Shown: positions 48,151-58,980 of the stretch, in pieces
Numbering within the stretch: the first letter of the stretch is position 1
How the letters are laid out: each line of letters starts with the position of its first letter
From: Macrostomum lignano
Lineage: Eukaryota
Assembly: GCA_002269645.1 (NCBI GenBank)
Contig: NIVC01003178.1
Span: forward strand, 49,890-113,889
Length of the DNA: 64,000 nucleotides
Direction: 5' to 3'
The notes under the pieces: model-generated
Database searches by the model: none
Told to the model about the DNA's origin: nothing
The model's input: only the letters and a program-made list of their open reading frames with translations
Program-made: the position numbers and the translations under genes

Positions 48151-51100
48151 CAAGGCAAATAGGATACACAAATTATTTTCGTCCCTTGCTTATTGGCCGC
48201 CCCAAAGGGGGGCACAAGATTGCTAGTCAATATGCTTAGGATACATAATAAATATATTATTTCTAATACTTATTGACCAAAGGCCAAAGCAATGCATTGA
48301 ACCTTTAAATTGGAATTCAATCATTGTTTTTGCCAAACAATTGACCAAAGCTTAAAAAAGAATTGTGATTCTTTGTTTTTTTGCTTGCTATATCCTTACT
48401 TTCATTTTCTTTATCATTTAACTTCCAAATAACTATATATTAAGTTTTAATTGCTTATGGTTTCATCAGAGATCAAGATCAAACTAAAAGATAATAATCA
48501 ATTTATCAGCAACATAAAATACTTCCAGACAAATCAGTTATAATATAAGGGGCATATCCAATGTTTGTTTAATAACTGTATTTAATTAAAACAAACTATA
48601 GGAAAGTTACAGCTCTCAATAGTCCTTTGAGATAGCATTTGTTTACAATAAATACATATTGCTAGAACTTTGGCTGCTTCCAAATTCTAATGGCAATGCC
48701 AGAATCACATGTTTGTTATACAGCTTAGAAAACTATGCTAAAAAGCTCATCTTTAGGCAATAGCAGTAACAGGTTAGTGTCACATTGATTTATATCTGGA
48801 GTGTATGCTAAATAAATCAGCTTTTTTTAATAGTTTCTATATAGCCCTATAGGACTAGTACTGTCATGCAACCAAATATGGCAGGTCCCTCTTAAGAATC
48901 TAGTGTATAATCACTAATATTAATCTTAATAATCTTTATAAATTACAAAGTTCCTGACTTTATATAATATTCTTGGTTGACTATCTATCAATGACTTCTA
49001 GTTCCTATATATTAAATAGTTAGATCTACAAAAACAAGTTTTTATATTATGATATTGTTAAGCTTATCAAAAATAATATTATATAAATATATATGTATTA
49101 TCTAATATATATTAGATTATTTTAGAATATTTGATTATATTTAGATTTAGATTGAGGTAGAATATATTTGACACTAAAAACATTGGTTCAAAAAGTTAAA
49201 TTTCAGAGCAGGGATTCCTAGTTTAGCCCACAAGCCTAAAAGTGTCAATTATCTTGAGCTAATGAGTGATGCAACATGCTTTTTCAATAATGACATATTT
49301 GATATAGCTCTTACATTTTCTATCAGCTTCATACAATGCACACATGGATTCATTTATCCACTTGTCTATGCATTGCTCTCAAACAAGATAAAAAGTGTAT
49401 TTCTATTTTAAGAGATCCTATCTTTAATCCTGAGCTAATGTGTATGTCTATACTTGAGTCTATAGGAATAGATGACAGATTTTGAAGTGGCACAGAATGC
49501 TATTAATAGAGCTTTTGTATAGTAACAAATGGTTGCTTCATCTTTGCCACTGTATATATAAGAGTTATTAGTTTTAGATCAAAGTCAAGGTAAAATGAGA
49601 CAAATGGTAGGTTTGCTTTTTGGCCTGATCTTTGGCCTTTGTGCCTCCAATGGATGTTCTTAACTGTTCTATGTAACTAAATAGTACTGCAGCTTATGCT
49701 TGCTAACTATTTTGAGGACACTTGGATTGGTTATCCACATGCTAAGATTTTCAATCAAAACCTGGAATTTATGTTAATAGAAATTGGAAGGTCAAATCTA
49801 CTTGAAAGAAAACAGCACTAAAACATTGCACTATTGTTTTTTGTCTCTTCTTAAGTGTCATAGCCTAACTTTATTCAAATTGCTAAATTAGCTGAAAGCT
49901 AAGCAAGAAGCTTAGACAATAAGGTTGAACAACCTATTGCAGATATGCAGTCACAAAAATGCACATGGTACTAATTAGATGATGAGGCATTTAGCCTTAA
50001 TAATACACTTATAATTACTTTTATTGTTTACCAAAACTTACATAAAGTTTGTTGTTTCTTTGATAGGTAAGTCCCATTTTTGGTCAAAAAGTAGGTTGTA
50101 TGGCCAGTGTAAATCAAGGGGTTGCATAATATGTATGTACAAAAAACTGATGCCCAAAGTAAAGTGGTCATTAGAAGCTATGGAGCAAAAGATAACCTAA
50201 CATACAACTTGCTATGTGGTATTGACCACAATCTAAAAGTATAAGCATGTTAATTTAGTTTTTTTATTGATTCAACTTTGTTTTATTTTAGATTAAACTT
50301 CTTTGATAATTATAGGTATAGATTTTATGGTAGCAACAGTTTTTATTGTTTATTGCTATATTACTATTTAATTCTGTCTATAGTCAAATAGCCTAGAGAA
50401 TAAGTTTCTTGGCAATTGTTTTATTATGAGCATAGCAATAAAATTGCACTAGTCAATTGTTATACATCGAACAAAATAAGTTGAGCAAAAATGGATTAAG
50501 AAATCATCTCTTAGAGGTCTCTCTTCAATTCTCTCACCCTATTTTCACTCTTAAGCCTTTGTCCACTCTTAGTCTTTCTTCACTCTCAGCATCTCTCTAC
50601 TCTTGTGTAGCCTCTCTCTATTCTCAATCTCTCTCTGCTCTTAGCATTTTCTACTCTTACCCTCTTTCTACTCTCAGTGTCTTTCCATTCTCACCCTCTA
50701 CTCTTAGCATCTCTCTACTCTAATGTAGCCTCTATCTACTCTCCCCTTTCTCTACTTTCAGGCTCATTCCACTCTTAGCATCTTTCTATTCTCAGCTCCT
50801 TTCCACTTTCAACATCTCTCTACTCTCACTCTCTTTCTACTCTCAAAATCTCTTCACTCTTATGCAGCCTCTCTCCACTCACACCTTTTTTCTACTCTCT
50901 AAGAAACAGTGGGTGAGAGTGATTTTTTGACCATAAAATTCATTTTTGACAGTGGGATTGATTGCTCTTCCAAAAAGGATATAACTTTTATTGTCTGGAC
51001 ACTTATCAAATAGCAGTTATCCTGCATTGGTCCCTGCATTGGAGCTTAATAGTTTTTGATAAAGAAAAATCATTAAAATGGCAAGTGTATACCCATGTGT

Positions 51101-54100
51101 TGTGTGCATATAGTCTGTTATCAATGGAAAAGAAGCTATTAAATGCTTATAGTGTTGCAAAAGACAGCATTATGCATGCAATAGTTGCATTACGCTAGAG
51201 TAGTATGCTGCAATAAAATGAGCTTTTCTTGCTATGCAATCGATGCCTTAGGCTAATTGTAGGTATGCTTTCATCTGCACCCTAAGCTGCTCCAGTTGCT
51301 ACTATGCAGCCAACCTTTCTAGGATCAAGACTAGGTAATAAGCTTATTGACCAAGAGGAGCCATTGCTTCTAGTCTTTCATGTAGAAGTGGAAAAGAGGT
51401 TTTTATTTCATTATTTCAATTTTCTGATGCTGAACTTGTGCTCAAAGAATCCATTCACGAGCCTCCAATGTTGGCACCACCTTGTAGCCTTATCCCTGCA
51501 GGCTTTTGAGCATATTCCAAGTGCTAGATTCAGCCACAACAAAGACTTGCTAGTGCAGTATATCAGGCATGATCTTGACTACTTGCTGCATGTCAAGAGC
51601 TGGCAAAACAGCAACACTTACTATTGTTGCAATAAAACTACACCAAAATGCCTAGGCTCATATGTCAAGCATCAAGACAAAACCAATGACACCTTGAAAG
51701 AGCATACCTGCAATTCAGTTGATTAGCCAGTTGAAAAAAAGATTTATTATAGCTCAGGTAAAAGCAGAAACAAAGTGAGTGCCATTCAAATCTGCTTGCA
51801 TTTTTGTTAAGGAGAAAGTAAGAGAGATCTTAAAAGAAGTATAGACTGATTAATATAGATTCCTAAAGTTGCAATGCTAATCATTCTTATAAAAAGCCAT
51901 TCCACAGAGCTAGTAATATCCATTTTCAGGTTGATCCTAAGTGTGTGCCCTATACATGCACAACCTCCAACATTTGGTTGGCCATGCAACTTAGTTTTAA
52001 CAAAAATGCGACATAGTTTTTAGCAAAAAATGCAACTTACATGTAAAAAACCCTAAAGCAAAATTAACGCAACTTTGGGTAAACGGCAGGAGTAACTATG
52101 ACTTTCTTATTAGGTCAAAATGCCTCATCAGCTACTTAGTACTTCTACTTAAGTATTTTTTGGGTGGGAATTTTTGCAACTTCCTTGATTGGCCGCCAAA
52201 TTGGTCAGCCTGATTGGCTGACTTGGCTGACTGTTGCACATGTATGGTGTGCCCCTAGATTTTGATTGCTAAACATTATTGTCCAAGAGACAAATAGATA
52301 GCACTTTGTTTTTATGTCTACAATATAATGGGAGATCCTATCTACCCAACATATTCTGCACTATAATGGCACATTTGGCATTATCAAGGCACCTTGTATG
52401 CAGCTGCACAGCCTTCATAGAGTCATTTGCTATGACAATTGAGAAAATCTGGTACCACTGGTATTCTTTCTAATATCAGGTAAGGTTCAGGCTGAATACC
52501 AGGCCTGCTTCTAGCAGGTATGAGAGTTAACTAATAATGCACCAATCCAATTTATCTGCAACTTTGAGTTGGCCACCTAGCAAGCCATTTGGCTAGTTTA
52601 TCTAGCAGCCTAAGTTTGTGGAATGTGGTTGCTTTTTTCATTATTACCAGGCTATTTTCAGGCAAGTCCAGTCTCTTAGATTGCAGATGCAATATTTAAC
52701 TTCCCTGATAGTAAAGTTATTAGTATGTATGCTACTTTTGATTTCTTGTCTGCCACTTCTTTGTATGCTAGATGGCCTTGCAGCCTGCACTGCAATGGCA
52801 AGAGCAAATTAGCACTTTCTAGAGCTAATGGAATGTGTGTGCAACTTGGCTATAGCACCTTATATGGGACTGAGATACCATTTTCATCTTTGAGTGGTTC
52901 ACAAGTATGAAAAATACCATGGAGGCTTGACACACATAGCTCAACAAGAGTAGAAAAAAGTGCTGAATTTGTATCTTCTGCTAGCCCTACTTTAGTATAA
53001 CACACAACAGGTGCAATGTCTGCTATAGCAAGTTCACCAAGGCCACACTATCAGGCATTACTAGCAAATGTATCCTAGGTAAATGCAAGTGAATATTAGG
53101 TTTGACATTCTACCAATACCTGGGAGAGGGCACATAGTTGTTGATTGCCATATTTCTTTGGGCCTTTAGCCATATTCATGCATAACCAAAATAGCAGCAA
53201 GAGGGTAAAGATGATATATAGCAGAATTGATTAAAATCTTTCCATTTTGCCTGATTTAAGTGGCAACATTTATAATTAATCATTTTATTTAAATTGAGTC
53301 ATAAATCTAAATTCATTGTTTGCTTAGCAAATAGCTATCATTATCTTTCAGTTTATCTTTTAGTTTACAATCACCACTTAAAATTGAATAAACATGTTAT
53401 ATTTATTTAATATATATTAATACATATATATTTATTTAATTGTTTATTCAATTTTCAATTTTCATTACTGCCCTGATGATGATGACCTACAAGGGTCAAA
53501 ATATATTGGCCATAATATAAAAGGAAATAAATAAAAGTTAATGTTTGTTCTCTTATTCATAATATTTGATATGATTTAAGTTTTTGCCTAGGTTAGGTAG
53601 GATAGGCCTAATCAATACAATTTTTAATCAAGGCAAACAATAGACTGAATAATAATAAAAATTGTAATATCTCTCAAATAATATATTAATATTATTAATA
53701 AAATAGGCTTATTCTTATATTATTTTCTACTTTAGGCCCTATATTTTTATTTTTACATTATAGGCATCCCAACCCTAGCCACAGCCACAGATTTTATTAA
53801 ATTATAGGCTTAATATTTTATTATGCCAATGGGGCCATTTTATTAGGCCTATTATAATAAATAGGCATTTGGCAATAGCCTAGGCCTAGTGTATACCTAG
53901 GCCTTAATGGTGGATGACCAAGATGGCCACATACCAAGAACAAGATGGCCATACTCCATAGTTAAAATGTCTAAATAGATAGACCTAAATAATGTTTATA
54001 TATTTCTTTATTACTAATTAGTCATAATTAGTCTTGGGAATAAATCTTCAAGTCTTAAAGAGATAAATATATTATATATATATTATATATTCCATTTATA

Positions 54101-55362
54101 TATATAAATTATAAATAGAACTAGACTAGGGAGGCTAAACAAAAACTAAAGTCAAAATGATTTCAGTTGTATTATAGATAATTAGTTTCAAATCTAATAT
54201 TAGGCCTATTGGATTAATCTTTGACAATGATGATTATTTAAACATAATAATTAATATAACTTTAGTTATCAAGTTACAAAACAATGTCAATGGTAAAAAG
54301 AGAAATTTAGATATAGGCCCTAGCTCGTAATAAAGATTTAATGTTGTGGCCATCTTGGTATGTGGCCATCTAGGCCTAAAACTAGGCCTAATTGACAAGT
54401 GCTAATGGCATGCTATGGCCTATGGGTAGCTTCTTTCTAAGTCATCATATTCCTAGGACCTAGACCTAGTCTGCTAGTGCTAGTCTTTCTCTTAGCCTAG
54501 CAGTAGGCAGCCTAGGCATGGTACCACTATGGGGGGGATGGTTGAACAACTAGGCCTAGGCTGATTAAATAGTAAGCATTGGACTATGCTTCATAATGCC
54601 TAATATTGATAGCATTCACATCCAATAGGACTCTAGGAGTAGGACTATTGATTAACCTACACGGCCACTGGGCCTAGGCTACAGGCCTACAGTGTATACT
54701 GAGTAGAGCAGTATGGCCATGGGCTATATCTACTAGCCTATCTATAGAATACGTCTATAATAATAGAAATTGCATGATAAGGTTTTAAGGTTATGACGAG
54801 ACTTATTATATTTTTATTTGACTCTTCTTTGCATTTTATTTAGTATATATCATACCCGCTATAGTAAAATCCGACACATCACACATTAAAATATACTGAC
54901 AGTCTCTAAACGAGGTAGTTTCGAAGAAAGCCTAATGTCGCGCGTGATTAAATAAAAAAGGCTCAGGTAACGGTTTTAATTCGCTAGGCCTCAAAAATAC
55001 GTCTCGAAATAGGAAATTTAATTGGCTTTTAATAGTTATAACTAAAAGTTTCTGCAGAATAGGGTTATATAGTTTTGTATACTATTCTAAATAACTTTTA
55101 GTGAAAATTTTATTTTATTTTTAAATAAAAATTTTTCTTTGGCATAGATATTTTCTATTATTTATTATTTATATTTATTAATTTCGAAGATAAGGATTAT
55201 TCAATTTTATTAAAATAGCTGCTTATTAAGAATTTTGAACTGTGGGTCTGGGACGTAGGTAGGATTTTTATCATACGTAAAAATCACACGTAGGTTAGGT
55301 ATGATTTTTGAGACCCTTGATTATTTCTTCAGCGCCAGTGTCGCCAAAGCTGCTGGCATGCG

Positions 55363-55461
55363 AGTAGTAGTATGTTATAAGGGGTTGCGCCACACTTATT
55401 GCTCGGGCGCATTGCGCGCCAGCTCGCTGGATGACTCAACCCCTTATAACATACTACTACT
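55363..55461. repeat. 25-bp perfect inverted repeat enclosing two small hairpins (candidate element terminus)
   Basis: AGTAGTAGTATGTTATAAGGGGTTG (55363-55387) / CAACCCCTTATAACATACTACTACT (55437-55461); internal GCGCA-T-TGCGC and CCAGC-TC-GCTGG. Confidence 0.85.
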
Positions 55462-55886
55462 ACCAGGAGGTCATGGGTTCAAGTGGGGTGTGATAAATAT
55501 AAAAATATATAAATATACATATATCTGTGACTGAGGGTGTTGAGGGTGAGGGCATGTGGGGATCATTGGCCTGTGGTATATTTCTCAGAAGACAGAATTT
55601 CCGGATTTTTTATACTTTTAAAAAGGGGGGGTGCCCTCGCCCTCATGCCCTCACTCATTTTGAAAATCACTAAAAATAACTGAAAAATGACTAAAAACAG
55701 GTGAAAATGGTCTGAAAACAGCGATTTTTTGTGATTTTCTATTTTTTTTAAAAAGTGCAATTTTCACGATTCCAGCTCTAAAACCATGAGAAAGGTTGGA
55801 TCCTCGGGTCAATTTAATGCAATTTCAGGTATATACAATATGAAAGTGTCATCCAATTCAACGATAGTAAATTTTATATATATAAA

Positions 55887-58124
55887 ATGGCCTTCAGTAA
55901 ACCATTATTTCTAGGAAATGCTTTAGATATTCAGTCAGCTATAACAAAACTACCACCCATCTTCGCCACTGGAAAATACCCAGGAGAACTTCATATTCCA
56001 GGGTATTCTTTTGCAGGTTACGTAGTGGCCTGAGTGAGGAAGTCAATGTCCTTGCTAGTCATCAAATAAGCACTTGTTAAAGTTTCTATAGTAAAAATGG
56101 AGCAAACAATTCGAGAAATTCTTCTGAAACCAATTGATGATAAGGTTGGGCATGATCAAATTCTTCATGATCTTTTCCAAGAAGAGTTAATAATTTCACA
56201 CAAGATTAAAGTTATTCAAATGAGACTAGGCAGACTATATGAAATATTAGCAGAAAATTATTTTGGATTCGAGAAGGTAAAAAAGATAGACCTGGTTCAC
56301 GTTGAGCGAAAGATTGCATTAGAGCTTAAATCTTCTGATAACACGGACAATTCATCAAGTCGTGAAAGGAATTATCAGAAACTATTAGACTATAAAAATT
56401 CTTATCCCACCTATCAGTTGTATTATGTATGCATCAATAGAACTACAAAGGAACCTAAGAATATTTTACTAGACAATGGAATCACCCTTATAACAGGAGA
56501 ATTTGCATTGAAATTTCTTTATGGTGATCAATACAAAAACATTATAACCAACATTAAACAAGTGCTTAGTGATTGGCGACACCTTCAAATTGCGGGAACT
56601 CCGTCCGATTCTAGTACGTCAATAACAGCCTCAAGTACCACTTCAGTTGAGAAATCTTCTGAAGGAACACAGGTAATTCCTGTTCCCAATCGGACTTCGT
56701 CCGCGAACCTATGGTTCGATGGTAACAAGCTTGAGGACATGGTGGAAATCCGCAGCCAAGCTCCTAAGTCCGAACGAAGTTGACAAGGATATGGAGAAGG
56801 TTCAGAGACTTAATGGGGGTGGGGCTGAAGGATCTGGTCAATCCTGATGAAGCCTTAAGATAAAGTCCAGCCTCTTTCGAAAGATTGAGGAACAACTGCC
56901 GGGTACAAATTTAGACAAGAGACTCAATCCAATTACAGACCGGCCTCGGTATGACAGTCTACCAATTAACCCAATCGATTGGACTGCTTACTATCATGAC
57001 AAAAACTATAGAGATGCTGAAAACACTTCTTCAAATCCAGAGGAAGCTCTAGCAAAGAAGCATATAGCTGATGAAAAAATGATAGCTGATTTAGATGCTA
57101 TTCCAACCAGTGACTTGTCTGTGAAAGAGAGACTCATTCGAAATCTAGTAAAGCGTATTATCAAGGCTAAAGTTCGGTTTGGATTAGGCATTCATACTCA
57201 CAACCCCAACAATTGTATAGACTGTCTAACAATTTATGGTAAGGGTCTTAGCTATGAAGATGCAGTAAAATTGCATAAAGAATATCGAAAGCCAAGAGTA
57301 TTTAGAAAAATGATTCACTATGCAAAAGACACAATTTGGCATGCAGATATTATTATCCTTCCTCCTGAAAGAGGTTACAAATATGCTCTCACTATCATAG
57401 ATGGTTTTACACGTTACGCCTGGGCAGTTCCTTTGAAAACAAAGACGGGAGCGGAAGTTGCAGAAGCTTTCCAAAAAGTATTTAAGGAATCAGGAAGACG
57501 ATCAGAGAGACTTTGTGTAGATGAAGGCAAGGAGTTTTATAATCAGCATATGTACAAGCTATATTCGTTTTCAAAAGACAACATTAGAAAGAAGGATGAA
57601 AAGGGTGAATATATAAACAAGATGTTTTCAATTTATGGCGAGTCCAAGAATGCAATGATTGAGAGGTTCAATCGTACTCTCACAAATAAACTCTGGTTTG
57701 AATTTGATCTACAGGGTAATCAGAAGTGGCTCCACACATTGCCAGCTATTGTTGAAAAATACAACAACACAATCCATTCTGAGATTCTGATAACTCCTTC
57801 AGAAGCATCTAAACATCCTGAGCGAGTACCAAAGCCAACTTTCGAGTATTCAAATGGAAACCAAACTTCAAAGTAGGTGACAAAGTTCATATCTATAGAT
57901 ATAAGGAGCACTTTGAAAAGGGTCGAAGAGGATATTGGAAAATTTCAGAAGTGTTTAGGATAAAGAAAATAGTTTACTCCAATCCCATAACCTACATTAT
58001 TGAGGATGAGAATGGAGAAGAAATTATTGGATCATTTTACAAATCCCAGCTTCTACCAGCAAATTTTTCAACTAAAAATGAGCGCCTATCGAACAAACTG
58101 CAAACGGGCGAAAGGTCAGATTGA
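55887..58124 (+). CDS. PLA2-integrase fusion: exon 55887-56018 + exon 56899-57876; C-terminal domain continues in the -1 frame to 58124
   Basis: Spliced product reads ELHIPGYSFAG|PGTNLDKRL..PINPIDWTAYYHDKNY..ADEKM (parvovirus-type PLA2), then HTHNPNNCIDC, then DDE core (WHAD, VDEGKEF, IERFNRTL). After a frameshift near 57850 comes FKVGDKVHI..FEKG..W..EVF..NPITY..DENGEEIIGSFYKSQL. Confidence 0.88.
56019..56898 (+). ncRNA. Group I self-splicing intron (IC1-like), 880 nt, with endonuclease ORF
   Basis: 5' exon ends in U and pairs U.G in P1; the intron ends in omega-G. P/Q/R/S elements AAATTGCGGGAA, AATCCGCAGC, GTTCAGAGACTTA, AAGATAAAGTCC; P3, P4, P7, P8, P9 and P9.0 pairings are present. Removal restores the reading frame. 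Confidence 0.95.
56097..56783 (+). CDS. Intron-encoded PD-(D/E)xK endonuclease, type II restriction enzyme-like (putative homing endonuclease)
   Basis: IQMRLGRLYEIL..KKIDLVHVERKIALELKSSDNTDNSSSRERNYQKL; intact 228-codon ORF in the P2.1 loop. The last ~70 codons overlap the ribozyme core. Confidence 0.75.
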   Translation: MEQTIREILLKPIDDKVGHDQILHDLFQEELIISHKIKVIQMRLGRLYEILAENYFGFEKVKKIDLVHVERKIALELKSSDNTDNSSSRERNYQKLLDYKNSYPTYQLYYVCINRTTKEPKNILLDNGITLITGEFALKFLYGDQYKNIITNIKQVLSDWRHLQIAGTPSDSSTSITASSTTSVEKSSEGTQVIPVPNRTSSANLWFDGNKLEDMVEIRSQAPKSERS

Positions 58125-58500
58125 AACGTCTGATTCACAACTACTAGCTGATAAAGAGGGTGAAGGAATTGGTGATATGATCAGTGGTGTCACAAACTTT
58201 TTATCAAATCATGGAAGTAAAATTGTGAGTGGAGCTGATGCAATAGGTAAAACAGCTACCACAGCGAAGAACATATTCGATGCGAAGAAATCATACAGTG
58301 ACATGTCTAAAGCAGGTGAGGAACTGGAATATATTAAAAAGAAACGTAGAGATAAAGAAGCAAAGAAAAGAATGGAAGAAGAGCAACAGATAGCTTCTCA
58401 ATCAAATAAGGCTATTCAAGATATTGTTAAAAAGGCTCTAGGAACAGCAGAACAGTCTCAAGTGTCTTTGAGACAAGGCAATGGTTTGAAGAAATTCTGA
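58078..58500 (+). CDS. Small virion/core-like protein of the Polinton (unknown function)
   Basis: ATG in TAAAAATG context; amphipathic segment after EGEG|IG, Lys/Glu-rich coil, C-terminal RQGNG|LKKF. Confidence 0.6.
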   Translation: MSAYRTNCKRAKGQIETSDSQLLADKEGEGIGDMISGVTNFLSNHGSKIVSGADAIGKTATTAKNIFDAKKSYSDMSKAGEELEYIKKKRRDKEAKKRMEEEQQIASQSNKAIQDIVKKALGTAEQSQVSLRQGNGLKKF

Positions 58501-58508
58501 CCTTAAAA

Positions 58509-58960
58509 ATGAGCGAGAAAAACACTGAAGCAAGACTCAATCGATATGTTCGAGAGGGAAAACCAAGATATGTTACTGTAAATAAGCAAAAGCAATATCT
58601 TTCTAAAGAGAAGATTCGAGAATTGCAAGAGAAACAGAAAGAACATGAAGGTGGAATAATTCCTCTATTAGGCTTACTACCAGCAATTTTGGGTGGTATC
58701 GGAGCAGCCTCAGGAGTTGGTACAATGATTGCAAAAAGTGTTAATACAGCCAACAATGCTAAACTAATAAGACAATAGAAAGCATTGAACGGCAAAAACT
58801 AGAAGAGTTGAAAAAGGCTCAAGGGAGTGGAGTATTAGTTGATGCGGCTAAAAGAGTCGAACAAGTACCCAGCGAAGCAGTCAAGTGGCTGCTAAAGACT
58901 TTTAAAGTTGAAAAGGAGAAACAGGGTAATGGGATAATTCTTAGACCTCATGAAGCTTAG
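58509..58960 (+). CDS. Adenovirus pX-like core protein candidate (frameshift near 58770)
   Basis: Basic N-terminus then EGG|IIPLLGLLPAILGGIGAA, resembling the adenoviral pX GG-FLP hydrophobic segment. Continues in another frame through AQGSGV..KQGNGII to TAG 58958-58960. Confidence 0.5.
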
Positions 58961-58980
58961 TTGAAATTTCTCTTATAAAA

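Noticed and set aside
56097-56783. Bacterial restriction-modification contamination
   Set aside because: The ORF is embedded in a ribozyme between two in-frame viral exons, has the viral AAAAATG context, and has no adjacent methyltransferase.
56017-56898. Spliceosomal reading of the viral intron (CAG|GTTACG looks like a GT donor)
   Set aside because: The segment ends in CTG, not AG. The nearest AG (56888-89) lacks a pyrimidine tract and would not restore the frame, whereas group I U|..G| boundaries restore it exactly.
55887-57080. Endogenous parvovirus (PLA2 plus T-hairpin)
   Set aside because: There is no NS1/Rep or parvoviral capsid; the neighbours are Polinton-type integrase, DJR capsid, ATPase and protease.
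58000-58077. N-terminal extension of the 166-aa ORF
   Set aside because: It overlaps the integrase C-terminal domain in another frame; the likely start is ATG 58078.
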